A stretch of 64,000 nt of DNA from contig NC_042997.1 of the NCBI RefSeq assembly GCF_006345805.1, forward strand, positions 23,188,001-23,252,000, read 5' to 3'. Under the pieces are notes generated by a model that ran no database searches, had not been told where the DNA came from, and worked only from the letters and a program-made list of their open reading frames with translations. Position numbers and translations under genes: made by a program. This DNA comes from Octopus sinensis. Lineage: Eukaryota. Of this stretch, positions 11,401 through 26,400 are shown piece by piece. Every line of letters starts with the position of its first letter. The stretch's first letter is position 1.

Positions 11401-14400
11401 ACCTGGCAACTAGATATTTCAAATCTAAAGATATGTACTCAGTCCTCGAAATTGTTAATTTCATTTACTTAAAAGGAAAAGCTATAAACATTTCTGAAAC
11501 TTTATTGAAGAATTGTAGCTTGAAAATAAACCCAGTAAGATTTCTTTCTGTTGCACTGTGAGGTCTTTATAGCTAGAAATGTCTAGAGTAGATTTGTGGA
11601 TTTGTTAGAGCCTATTAATACTTTTCTTACAGAAAAAAAAAAAAGAAGGAAAATTTACCTTCCTATGGAAAATGAATGGGAGCAAAATTCAACCTAGCAC
11701 TCTAAAGGAAGGGTAAGATTGTTTCTGATCCTACTCAGTTTCCAGTTTTCAGATTACAATAAAAGATTCTTAAAGAGATTTACTGTCAAGAAACTTTAGT
11801 CACTTTTCCAACTTCAAGAATTGAGTCAATACATTTCTTGATATTGAAAAAAAAAAAAAAAAAAGCCCTACTAACTGGAAGACTACAAAAATAAATTACA
11901 AGGACTTCTAGATAACTATCTAGACAGAATTGATTACCTAGCAAAGTTGAAGCCCTGCTTGGCCTTTCTTGAACACTATCTGATCAAGGATTTAGACAAT
12001 GATGGTTGTCAAATACTTGAATCATTCACAGTGGAAATTAAACTAATGGAATTACAAGAAGATCTGGGTCTAAAGATGATCCACAAGTTTCAGTGTACAA
12101 CTGAATCTGGAAATAAGTTCTGGGAATAAAATATCCTAGAGTGAAGAAAACTAGAGTATGATTCATTTCAATTTTCAGTGAATCACTCTGTAATGAAGTT
12201 TGTCAAGTCAAAGCACTATACAATCCTTACAAATAAAAACCAGACAGTTAATTCATACACCCTTGACAGTATTCAACCAAATTTTCAATAACTCACAGCC
12301 AGGGTAGAGACCTACAAGACCTCTACTAAGCAGTAAATAATGGCTTTAACAGCCTGAAAATTGTAATGTCTGTCATAAGTATCATCTGATAAGGCTGCAA
12401 TTCTGTAAGATGGTATATGATTGAAATATTTCTAATTTCTAAGTTTTTTTTTTTGTGTTTTAATATCTCCATGTTTCAAGTAAATAATTACTAAGACAAT
12501 AAATAAATTAAAAATATATCTGTTTTCCCTTTTAAACCTTACTTTAGGCAGCATAATTCATGTTACTGAAATACAAATTTGTATATTTCCTGACATATTC
12601 CTCAATTCATTAACTACACACTAATATAGTTAAACCAATCACCAGTCAAGATTTTGAAAATATGAGTCCTTTGTAATTACTGGAACCAATACATATAAGT
12701 AGCTTTTAAAACTACATAGATGAATAAAAATTATTGAACACATGCATTTCTAAAAATATTTATATAATTTTTTTGTAACAAAATATGTAACAATAAAAAT
12801 GAGTTTGTAAATTTTGTTTATGTTCTGCAACTCTCCAGACATTTGAAATTTATTGTATATGGCACTCACATTAAATAAATTTGGTTACTCCTGTCATGTA
12901 ACAAAGATACTCATATGACAAAACATGTAGACATTAGACACAGACATGCATACAAATGTGTGTATGTGTGCACATTTGTAAACATACATGCATATACAAG
13001 ATATTTAGCAAAAATTGGATTATTGTCTGGTAATAAATATTTAAGCCTCAGCCAATTGAACATATATTTCTATAACTGCACCCTTAAACTATAGCATTCT
13101 TCTGATATAATATATTTTAACAAAGCTAGGATTGTTTCTATTTACATTAATGCTGAAATAGTTCTACCATATTCTATTGATTTAAACAATAACCCTCCCA
13201 CTCTATTTAATATAATACCTTTAATAAGTATTCCAAGTCGAATGGTTTGGTCATGGTTTCAAAAATTTTATACTGAAATGTATATCATAATTATCCCACT
13301 CCTATAACATGTTCTTCAAGAATGTAGGTAAGATGCTTTCATTTAGATCTGTAATCATCATCATTATCATCTTCATTTAACATTAATTTTTTATGCTGGC
13401 ATGGGTTGGATGGTTTGACAGGATCTGCATTGAGCTCCATGTCATCTTTGGCATGGTTTCTACAACTGGATGCCTTTTCTAATGCCAACTACTTTACATT
13501 GTGTACTGAGTGCTTTTTCTGTGCCATTGGCACTTGTGAAGTTGCTGAGTAACTTGCAAGAGAGAAAAAGTTCAAGAAAAAGGATATAGTATCCATGACT
13601 AAGTTTGGGGAGCAGGGAATATATATAAGAGAGGAAGGTGGCTTTATGCTGGATGTTGAGGGGCTAACGTATGATAGAGGAACAAGCACAGGTGTCTTGC
13701 TTTGGAGGAGATACATGGCTATTCCATCACAAAATATATTTTAACAAGAGATAATTTATACATATTTGTCTATCAAGATTAGATTCAGTTCACCGAATTT
13801 TATAATCTTGTGGGGTGGAGTTAGAATTGCTTAAGACACCCTATATATACACACATACACATTACTAAGGTTAGGAAGCAGACATTAGAAATACAAAATC
13901 TTCAAAATTTATTCAGACACATACACACATTTAAAAAAAGACATCAAAAACTAAAAAAAAAAACAGCATGCTATAAAAATCTACAAAGAAATGAAAGAAA
14001 TTAGATAATGCTTAATATTGTTAACTTTAATTCTATTCCAATGTTAGATAAGACTATAATGTCACTTTTATTTTTTTATTAGTTCAGCCAAGAGGAAGCG
14101 GCTATAATCATAGCCTTCACAGAGCCTCTACAACTGGTGAAAACTTTGCTCTGTAAAAACTGATACAAATGGTTGCAAAATAAGCATGTAAAGGGGCAAT
14201 ATTCCAGAAAGCTGACATCATGGGAAGAAAGGACTAGGAGTTAGTGTGGGACTAATTGGGGGAGGATACAATATAGGTGACAAGAAAAAAGAAGAGGGAA
14301 TCAGGAATGCCTGATTGGAGATGGCATAACACCAGCCAGCTGATAGCCTGATCCTCATAGCCAAATCTATTTAAGAATCAAAGGGTCTTAAAGTAAACAG

Positions 14401-15293
14401 TAAAGGCAAAGCGAGAAATAAACAGAATTGTACTGCCATCTGTGAAGAAGCCATGCTACATAAGCAGAAAAGGGTATGTAAGAATTTCATACAGTGTACC
14501 CAATGTAAATTAAGGTGCAGTAGTATCATAAGCAGATTGACAAAGAGAAGGGCTTCTTTACAATGCTCAGAGGGCCCCTTAGGATAGTTGGTTTCTGTTA
14601 CCTAGGTGACAAAATTAGTAGTGGAGGTTGGTGCTCCAAAAGCATAACAGCTGGAGTAGAAATAAACAAAGAATTTTTTCTTTGAGTGATGGGTAGATTA
14701 TAAGATACTTGTGCACAAAATATGATACTGCATGGTAGCAAAACATGGGTATCAAATATGAAGGATGTGTGAAGGTTTGAAAGAAATGCAGTGAGAATGC
14801 TCCACTAGATGTGTAATTTAGAGTGTACAAATGATGAAGCACAAATAATCTGAAAGAAAATTTATGTATAAGAGGAAACAGAACCAAGGAAGCCATAGGA
14901 AGAAGGGGTGAAAGCTGATCTCAGGAAGCTGAAGATCACAAAGGAGATGATAAAGGACTGCAATGAATGGTGAAATGTGGTGCTGGATGAGAATAGTCCA
15001 ACCCAGGAAATAATGAAAAATTGGGGGTAAAATGTTGCTGATGATAACAAGCTTCCAGACAGTTTCTATCAGTCAAATTCCACTTGTTATAGGTCAACCT
15101 GAGGCTATGGTAGCAGATATTAGTTCATAGTGCTTCACAGTGAAATTTAACCAAGAATTGTCTCTTGAGCACATACTACAACAAATTTAATAATTTAAAA
15201 AAATAATAGATGCATTCAGATAAAAATAAAACAATATTATAATTTTTGTAGACATTCATAGAAATATTATTGATTTCAATGTAATATAACAAA

Positions 15294-15328
<35 letters not shown>

Positions 15329-18300
15329 GACAAAAAATATATCACAATAAACATAAATATCATTCAACAATAATATAAATAAATATATACATATTTCACC
15401 AAGAACATGTTTGCTTTTCCAATATTATTGAATGCATTAATTATTGCAAAATATTAGCAATAAAGCATAGATGACACCCATCCATGGTGATATTACTGTC
15501 AGTTTCTACAAAACTATTATAGCAAGTTCTCAACTTTTCCTTTATAATCACATATGTAGAAAAACTAATGAGGCATACAACAGATACACTACTGTAGAAG
15601 TTAGTGTTAACATATTTAACACAGTAAAACTAGCTTTTTTTAATGCACAGAGCATTAAAACCCTGACTAGAAATAATTATGGCATGAGGGGGCAAAATAT
15701 AATATTTGTCACTGATAATATTTTCATTTCTTTTGGCAAATAGGGTAGTGAACTCTGGACATATTTTAGCCATATTATTACCTCATCAACAATGCAAAAG
15801 ATCATAGTTTGGTTGGGCAGAGAATAATTCAGAGATGCTATTTGCCTGAAAAACTTAACATGTTATGATAGTTAAGTTAATATTAACATGTTATGATAAG
15901 TTAATATTTACATGTTAGAGCAAAGACCATAAAAGTACAACTGGAAATAATTACACAGTGAAGAGAAAAGAATATCAGCCAAGGACCAATAATGTTTTTG
16001 TTTCTTTTCAACATACTGTGTTTTACTGAGAGGTCATATATATGAAATATGTCTACATTAATTTCCTGTACTAGTGAAAAAAAAAAGTGAAAATAATACT
16101 TGTGTCATATCTGCAATGGTAGAGTTTCTTCAATAACAAATGTTTTAAAAACATATTGAGAAGAAAAATAACATTTAATTGGTAAACCCTCATTCCTGTT
16201 GCACCATTTGTAACTTTTACTTTAATGTATCTCCTCTTTATTTGTACGCATCATGTTGCTTTTCAAATCTTTTATTACATTCACATTTATCTTCCTTACT
16301 ATATACATCATATCTCACCATCAAGTCTCTCCACATCGAAAACTACAAATAAATTTTCCTGACAAAAATTGCATTACTCAAGAACACTCTCTTCTTGCCA
16401 TTAGATTTATACCTACTCATTTCTAATCTCAAACATTTCAACTTTAATATTAAAAGCTCTGCTAACCTGGATGAATTTTGAAACAGCAAAGTTACCATGG
16501 AATCACTGTTCAGTAAAATCACTAAAAGGCTAAAGTTTAAAGTCTAAAATACAGCTAAGGAGGATATATAAAAATATTGTTCAAAGCTTAAAATACTGTA
16601 AGTGACCGTAGAAAAGTAACTTGAAACTTCTTTGTAGATTAATAGAATATTTTAAATAGTGCAGCCATATAGAATAAGGGGTGGTAGTGAAATAAAGAGT
16701 TAAAATCATCCACTACAGGAAATTGGGGATTCAGGCTGGAATTGCAGAGATGAACAACAATCAGCAAGTTTTAGTATAGAGTGATAAAATGATAAGGTCG
16801 AGGGGTGAAGATAGCACACATTTGAGAGTACCAAACAGCCAACATAATGTCCATGTTAGAAAGATACATAGTAGGTAGAATAGACTGGCTAAATATCTGA
16901 AGGAAGTTGTTAATAAAATGGTAATTTTTCAAATTGTTAACTTCAGCTTTGTAGATGAAAAATGTTTAACATTTACATCTATACACATTTCAATAAGTTT
17001 GATGTCTGGTCATCATCAGATATCTTGTTCCTGGATGTGTACATAGTACCAAACTAAATTCAAAATAGTTTATTTCTAAACAAAGGACAATAATGTTTTT
17101 ATCAACTTGGACACTGAAATAAAGGTTCCCAGTTTGAATCTAGCCTAGTACTATGTACATAACCAGAAATAAGACACTTGATAATGATGATAAATCAAAT
17201 TACTTGAAACGAAGTGTAAATGTAGATATTAAAGCAATGTTGATCTCAAATTATGAGGTTGATAATAAAAACCAATTACAATTATTTTTAAATATCAAAT
17301 CTTATGTATAATCAGGTTAACCATGAAAAAGATAACACACCATAAGAGATAGATTGGTAGATATGAAAACATATTAGAACACTCAAAGAATGGGTTGAGA
17401 GTTTTGGTTCAGGTCTGGAAGAATGAAGTCATTTATTAGACTTTTTCATACAATTAGTAACAGAATAGTTTTGGCTTCAAATAATGTAAAACTAAATGAA
17501 ATAGTATGGTAATGATTACAGGTAATGGCAACAGCAATGAAAAGAGATTACTAATGTTGACCATAATAATTCTTACCACTATAGGCACTAGGCTTGAAAT
17601 TTGGGGGTAGAGGGTTAGTCAATTTTATTACCCCTAGTATTTTACTGGTACTTATTTTAGAGACCCTGAAAGGATGAAAGATCAAGTCAACTCAAACTGT
17701 AAAGACGATGTTGTAACAATATTGATGACTATAATAATGATTTCGAACATAGGCAAATGTCCAGAAATTTGAAGGGATAATACAATCAATTAGATCAACC
17801 TCAAGACTTGTAATTATTTTATCAATACTAGAAAGAGGAAAAGCAGAGTTGACCAGTGGGGATTTGAATTCAGAACTTAAATGAGACCTAACTAAATACT
17901 GGATGATTATATGGACCAACTGTAGAGCCACCAGGGACTAAGGAACATCAGGTTGGAAGCAAAGATGGAGGACCTGATAAATTATCTAATGCTAGCTTTA
18001 TTGATTTTAACAGTGGTTAACGAAAGAATGTATAATTTAGATGCAGGATTACCGATTCCCCAAATCAAGACTTCAAATCCTGCTATAGGTATTTTCTAGA
18101 GCCAAATATTGGATTTCTCTTCTCGCTACAGAATACAATCTTATCCAAAATACATTAACTTTACTGTTTATTTCCTACCACTGCAGTCCATCACTCAGTT
18201 TTTTCACACATTTATTTACAGTGTTTAATATGTTAATTCTTCAATTCTCTACCAATAATTAAACTAGGTTTGCACTTAGACATACCAAATAAATTATTGG

Positions 18301-19611
18301 GCAAGTGGGACTGAACCCTGCTATCTCAGATGAACAACAAAGTATGCTTACTACTTTCCCTTGCTAAAAGGGCCATTCAAAATTATCAATACCAATATGG
18401 TTTTATAACTGTTTCTTTCTCCATACTGGCATGGCTAAATGGGTTTCACATTGTTTTGCTGTCACAGTCTCTTTGGCATGATTTTTAAGACTTGATGTCC
18501 TCTATATACCCAGCCACTTTATAGTATGGATTGGGTACATTTCATTGTACTCATAGCAGGAGACAGATTACCTGCAGTAAGATTAAAGTGGCTTATTTAG
18601 CCTGTATTAGTCATTATTCAAAGTTACTATTCTTCTAAGCAAGTTACTTTTGCTAAGTTGAACGCTTTAATATGATTTTTTACAGTTGGATGCCCGTCAA
18701 AATTGCAATCATTTGGTTGTTAGTGCTGTAAAGCTAGACATATTAATCAATTTCAATACAGTCTAATACTGGAACTTCCCCTGTGATCACAAGAATTTCA
18801 TTATCTACATCAAAATTGATATAAGAAATCTGCATCCCAGCAAAAAAGCTCTTCTACCTCACACTTCTAAACCATATATACTCATGCACTAGCTGGGTTA
18901 AAATAATGATTTCCACAAATCCTTAAAATAAAGTTATATGAACTGAAAGAAGATACTTATTTATCTTTAGTATTAATCAATTATGTGTTGGAAGCAGCTA
19001 GCCAATCACATTTCAGATTATGAAAGTAAGCCATTTTCTATCAACCTATTTCAAACTTTAGTATTAGACTGCAATATTTGATTTATAGCAGTTTGCTACC
19101 AAGAAAACCCAAATTTATAAATATCCAGCTAAAAATGTTCATACTTGAACAACAAATACATTTTTCTATAAGTCTAATATAATTAAGCCAAAGAGATAAC
19201 TGTGAAAACTTCTTTGAAATTTTAAAACTTTCCCTTGGATAAAAAAAAAAATAAATAAAAATGAGGAATACTTATCAAACATACAAAGTAAAATCTAACA
19301 AATTATAGACTTTGCAACAATTGAAGAACTATATTAAATAGTGCCAAAACAGTAAAAGTCTGCAAGAAGAAAAAAATTTTTTTATAAAAGCAGTTACTTG
19401 GATTACTAATGAAAGAAACTACTAGACAATCACACCATTTTTAGTCATGCACACATTGAGCCACCAACATGCAGTTAGAGAAGTATACCTATGAAATGTG
19501 TTGAAGGAGTCTGCTGTTAAGGTCCTGTTAAAAATGAAACAACCGTTTAGCAAATATCAGCAAACAAAATATATATTCAAAATATGAACAGATGTGTGTG
19601 TGTGCACGTGC

Positions 19612-19656
<45 letters not shown>

Positions 19657-22600
19657 TACACACACATTATATATATACATGTATATATATATTTATATAC
19701 ACACACACACATTATATATATACATGTATATATATATTTATATACACACACACACATTATATATATACATGTATATATATATTTATATACACACACACAC
19801 ATTATATATATACATGTATATATTTATATACACACACACACATTATATATATACATGTATATATATATTTATATACATACACACACATTATATATATACA
19901 TGTATATATATATTTATATACATACACACACATACATACATACATACATACATACATACATACATGTATGTAACTTTTGTCTATTACGTGGCATAAAGAC
20001 ATAATAACCACTCAATACACTGCAAGAAGTCTGTAAAATTTGATATATGCTTGTCATATTTAAGATAAACAAGATAAACTATCTGAATCAAGGTTTTGTT
20101 TAATTGGCTTTCTGGCTGATTGTACTGATATTGTACTCATCAGTGGCTTGAGAACGGTCAGTTAAAATGTCAATTTAATGAAGGCTTTAGACCTGAATAT
20201 GTAAAGTTATTTATCTTACATATGACAAACATATATATCATTAACAGTTTAAAACATTACCCTGAAGAGTGTGATATCAGTATGAAATCAATGATTCATA
20301 TCAATGCAAGAAGAGTCAGGCAAAGTTCCCTAAAAAATTAATGTATATACCAATGTAAATAATTGTAAAGGTAATACTCATACATTGGTTTTGAATATTT
20401 TGAATGCAATATTTTATATATAGTCATAAAGATGTGGCAAAGCAAGATAAACTTTCAATATTATATTTAAAAAAAAAACATATTTGGTTAAGTACTAACC
20501 CAGGGTAAGTATGATATACTGTTGGCTACAATGAAATCAGTTAATCAAGTACCATTATGAAATATGTACTCCAAACACATTGGTATCATTAAAATCTGGA
20601 ATGCTCTGAGTTTAGGCCACTGTCAAGTATTAAATTATTCTGCTGTCATCTACAGATGCAATGTTTCAATATAGAAAAACAAATTTAAGTATTTGTTCCA
20701 ATGTTTGGAGGTAGATATTTTTAAAGCAATATTTAAAACTACTGATCAACTCCTTGGTTAGACATCTTTACTAAAATTATCATTGAGATGTAACTCCTAT
20801 TTTTAAATGAAAAATATTAAGGCTGTTCTTCCTTGTTTTGATATGTGTATAGAAAAGTGGTGAAAATATTGATGGGGGTCATGGTGTGGACATTCCATTC
20901 TTGACCCAGTCATGTGACCAATTCTGAGAGAGATAAAGAGAAGATTAACTCTAATACTTGACTGGTCCTTTATCAACCCTGAAAAGGATGAAGGGCAAAG
21001 TTAGCCCCAGTGGAATTTGAGTTCAAAGCATAGAAAGCCAGAATAAATACCATAAATCATTTTGTTTGCTGCTCTAATAACTCTGGAAGAATAGCATGTG
21101 ATTCCAGTAATTTTAATTCTTTGTATTCTTCCATTCTGCTAACCATCATCATATAATAAACTTTAATTAATCATTTTATAATTACCATTACCCATGTCAT
21201 CCTTCTCACAGTAGTACTATACAATTTCAGATATTAGCTTCTTTTTAAGCTTAATATATAATGTTGAGGATTCTTTAATAGCCATATTAGACTTCCCAGC
21301 CTGTCATCATCAATGATACCAATGGCAATGGTGGTCTTGGTAAAAATGTCAATAGAAGTAATAGTTAGATTTATGATGATTGCAAAACTAGCTTCTCATT
21401 CCACAGAGAGAAGTTTGAAAATACATCTGAAGAATTTTCTAGCTCCAAGAATGTCTCAAATCAGTATTTCTGGGTAGCAGTTAACAAAATAAGTTTCATT
21501 TTAAATAGATACACTCTTCAAGGTATTGGATTAGAATAATTTTTACAACAAAAGTCAAACTTTGTTATCAAGAAATCCTTTTGTAACAGTAGTTCAGATT
21601 TGATGTATATAACACTTGCCACAGACCTTATCATACACAGTTAAGTCTTATCAGATTTGAGAGGCTCTAATTTCAAAAGGTGAGTAGTTTGATAGTCCAT
21701 TAATGAATTATCTATACTTTAATACATGATTACACAATCAGATAATCTGGAGCAAGGAGATATTCATTGATTTTGCTAAAGAGGTTGTGCAATGTTATTG
21801 TGTTGTTACTGAAATTTCGGCAGATTTTTTTCAAAATCTTTAGCCAGATCTTTCAGTCAGTCTACTCTGATCTACAAGATGAAATTGAGCGACTGCACAA
21901 TATAAAGTATACTGGAAATAAAGGAGAAGGACAATAAAGCTTATAATGTTCCTTCTTTTACTGCAACCTGTCACTGAGACCAGCAAAGTATTTTCACCTC
22001 TTGAGACAATTGGATTAAAGCATAAAAGACTATTGGCCCTGCTGTGTACAGCAGTAAACTGTACCTCCTCATGATACTTGTATACAACTAAAAGGATTAA
22101 TAAATCATGAGCTAAGTGCTTAACACAATGAAGCACGAGGGACAGTTAATTATTCAACTGTTAGTCATCATGTTACTTAATCAACTGTGTTTCTCTTATA
22201 ATTGATAGATTAACACTTTACTTCTGGGGTTTTTCTTGCTAGATGGTAACCAAAGAGAAAAATGCTTTTTTCTCTATCTTTATTCTCATACAAAAGACAA
22301 GAGCTAAAAAATTCAGTCTTCACAACAATTGATATTGTCAAACTCTCTTATGGGTTACTTGTTGTTCATACAATCCATCAACAGTTTTTTCAGATCCTGG
22401 ATTTCTTTAATAATAGTCAAATCATAATTAACAATAATCTTTATACCAAACTTAAAAAGCTGTATAACTACTTTTAATGATGCTTTAAGATGGTCCCTAA
22501 GGTCATTACATATCATCACTTTAAAAGGATACAAATTTTATCTTGTGGGATTAGAGCGTATTTTTTTACATCAAATGTGAACCATTCTTGTGAATAAAGA

Positions 22601-23451
22601 ATAAAATTCATGTCACTACAGTCAGTAAAAACAATTTTGTGAATATTTGATTAGATTTGAATGAACAAAATTTAACCAACAATTAGAAACGTTAAAACTT
22701 TATTTGATAACCATGCACATGGCATCACAAAGGAAAGAAAAGGAACTCTTAGATTCTAGCAAAATGCAGTTTGTTGAACCTCAAGCTGTAGCAAACAAAG
22801 AAAACCTTATACTATACATACAAAGAAAAGTTAAGAGAATAATACAGAATATTTGATATCTTTAAATGGTTACACTCTATCAATGAAAGATGATTTCCTG
22901 TTAAAAACAAAAGAAAACAAACAAGATGTTTACAGTACTCACCAACAATTTGGGAAGCTGATGTGCTTGAATTTGATACTGAAGAATCGTCTTTGGAGTT
23001 TTCTAAAGCTTTTTCTTTCTGAAAATCAATTTGAGTTTATATATATATATCATCATCATTATCATCAACATCATCATCTTGTTTTTAATTTCGCTTTTCC
23101 ATGCTCACCAAACCTCACCTATTTCAAAGTAAGGTAATATTTCATCATAACCAGATATTCTTTCATGGAAGACCGGGAGTGGAGGACACTGCTTGCATGA
23201 TTGTGACAACTATCAAGTGATGTCAAGGCTAGGAGACAGTCTCACACAGATACATTACAAGCTTCTTTTTTCAAGCAAATCCATTCCAAAAGGCTTTGAC
23301 TGGCCTGGATGTATAGCAGAAGACACTTGCTGAAGGTGTCATACAATAGGATTGAACTCAGAACCATGTGGTTGGAAGGCAAACTTCTTACCACATAACC
23401 ACACCTGTTCCTCTCCCTGTCTCTCTCTCTCTCTCCCTCTCTCTCTCTCTA

Positions 23452-23482
<31 letters not shown>

Positions 23483-26400
23483 GTATATTTGTTTATTTAT
23501 TTCCAGTTGAGACTTCAGTTCAATGTTATTCTGATTTTCTCTTTTCATTTTCTACTGTAAATAACAAAAACAGGGAACATATCCCAGTTTGGGTCATGTA
23601 ATGATTCTGTATGTTGTGACTAGCATTTGTTTCTGTTAAGCACATTTGAACTTAGTGAATGTTATAAATGTATTGAGTAATTTGCATGCTTTCACATGGG
23701 TATTCGTTCATATGAGTTCAAATATTTTTGTTTGTTTTGTTGTAGACATTTGTTGTAGTATGTCATTGTCAAATTGTATGCTATATGTCATATTCAAGTT
23801 GATCAGATATGGAAAGAGAGAGGGAAGTTGAACATGAAATTATTTGATCTCTAATTGCTTCGTGTGCAGAAAAAAACCAAACCAAATTTTCTCATATGAA
23901 ATTGCCACAAGTAGAACATGAGACACTAACATCTCATAGTTACATAATGTAACTTGAATACTCTTAGTACAACTGTTACAACCCTCCACAACAACAAACA
24001 CTACAATAAAAGAGTAAAACAATTCCACAATAAAACCTACTCAAAGACCTAATTAAATAAATAAAGCAAAAATCAACAAGCAATAATACTAAATATTGAC
24101 CACTCCACCCTATACAAGTGTGTTCAAATTGCACTGGCCTAATTCAGAGATGAGTCATCTTGTCTTTGCTTATATCTATATCACATTAACTCTAATACAC
24201 ACTCAGCACTTGACCCACTACTGTAAGGCCCACATGCACTACATCATCATCATCGTTTAATGTTCGTTTTCCGTGCTAGCACAGGTAGGACGGTTCGACC
24301 AGGGTCTGGGAAGCCAGGGGCTGCACCAGGCTCCAGTCTGATCTGGCAGTGTTTCTACAGCTGAGTGCCCTTCCTAACGCCAACCACTCTGCGAGTGTAG
24401 TGGGTGCTTTTTACGTGCCACCAGCACAGGTGCCAGGGGAGTCTGACATCGGCCACGATCGGTTGGTGCTTTTAACGTGCCACCGGCACAGAAGCCAGTC
24501 GAGGTGGCACTGGCATCGGCCACGTTCGGATGTTTTCATTATATACGCATACCTACATTAGATACACATTCCCAGAGTCAATTTCACAGGGACACCCAAC
24601 ATCTCAAGAGGTGGGATCAAACCCTGGAGGTGAGGGGTGGAGAGGGAGTAGAGGAGGATTCTTCAAGGCCATGAGGAGAGGCCTATAACAAACAACAGGA
24701 TGATGATTGATTTGAGTGTCTTCTATATCTACAAAGTTGATATTTGATCAATTCTACTCCAACTATTTCAGATGATGACACACAATAGTAAACCATTCAT
24801 AGCATGAAGTTTATCACTAACAGAGACACGAGAACTTGTCCAGTTTCACAAGGCAGTAAATGTATATTACATTTCCAAACAGTGAAGGGAAAAGTTTTAA
24901 TATTATTTTTTTTTTAAGATAATCATCATCATCATCATCATCGTTTAGCGTCCGCTTTCCATGCTAGCATGGGTTGGACGGTTCTACTGGGGTCTGTGAA
25001 GCCAGAAGGCTTCATCAGGCCCAGTCAAATCTGGCAGTGTTTCTACGGCTGGATGCCCTTCCTAACGCCAACCACTCCGTGAGTGTAGTGGGTGCTTTTT
25101 ACGTGCCACCCGCACAGGTGCCAGACAGAGCTGGCAAACGGCCATGAACGGATGGTGCTTTTTATGTGCCACCGGCACGAGGGCCAGGCGAGGCTGGCAA
25201 CGGACACGAAACAGGGCGGTGCTGGCAACGGTCGCGAAACAGAAGGTTCTCTTACATGCCACCGGCACTGGTAACACATCTGCAATTTCCATTGATCGAT
25301 TTCGATTCTGATCCTCACTTGCCTCAACGGGTCTTCACAAGTAGAGTTTTGTGTCCCAAGAAGGGAAGGTATCCATACGTAGGCTGGCTCCATCCCATGT
25401 AGAAGGCCACGGGTTATGGACTCACTTGTCCTGCCGGGTCTTCTCACGCACAGCACACTTCCAGAGGTCTCGGTCTCTAGTCATTTCCTCAGTGAGACCT
25501 AAAGTTCGAAGGTCGTGCTTCACCACCTCGTCCCAGGTTTTCCTGGGTCTGCCTCTTCCACAGGTTCCCTCAACCGCTAGGGTGTGGCACTTTTTCACAC
25601 AACTATCTACATCCATTCTCGCCACATGACCATACCAGCGCAAACGTCTCTCTTGCACACCACAACTGATGCTTCTTAGGTCCAGCTTTTCTCTCAAGGT
25701 ACTTACACTCTGCCGAGTATGAGTACTGACATTACACATCCATCGGAGCATACTGGCTTCATTTCTTGCGAGCTTACGCATATCCTCAGCAGTCACGGCC
25801 CATGTTTCACTGCCATGTAGCATTGCTGTTCGTACACATGCATCATACAGTCTGCCTTTCACTCTGTGCGAGAGGCCTTTTGTCACCAGCAGAGGTAAGA
25901 GCTCTCTGAATTTTGCCCAAGCTATTCTTACTCTAGCAGTTACACTTTCAACACATGCGCCCCCGCTGCTGACTTGGTCACCTAGGTAACGGAAACTATC
26001 AACTATTTCTAGTTTTTCTCCCTGGAAAGTGACGGAAGTTGGTCTCAGAGCATTTTCAGTGTTTATTGTTCCTGAGCATCTGTCACATACAAAAACCATC
26101 TTCCTAGTTAGCCTTCCTTTGACATTGCTGCACCTCTTATGTGTCCATAGCTTACACTTGGTGCATCTTATAGAGTTTCTACCTACACCTTTTCTACAGA
26201 TCGAGCAGGGCCATCTACCTGACGGCGTTTGTGATTTGTCTACCTTCCTACTGATTACGACCTTGGTTTTAGCTAGATTGACTCTGAGGCCCTTCGATTC
26301 TAATCCTTGTTTCCACACCTGAAACTTCTCCTCCAGTTCTGATAGCGACTCAGCAATCAGAGCAAGGTCATCAGCATAGAGGAGCTCCCAAGGGTATCCT

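Noticed and set aside
14430-14460. FTDGS resembling an RNase H motif
   Set aside because: Spacing to downstream motifs fits the RT QHGFR..RST motif of a CR1-like fossil better.
19557-20011. Four overlapping Y/I/H/T-rich ORFs
   Set aside because: Translations of a microsatellite/minisatellite that lacks stop codons.
21660-22160. Possible mariner remnant (AQFHL...G*RF; two GAGG-starting TIR-like strings)
   Set aside because: The putative TIRs are in the same orientation and the protein similarity is too weak to support.
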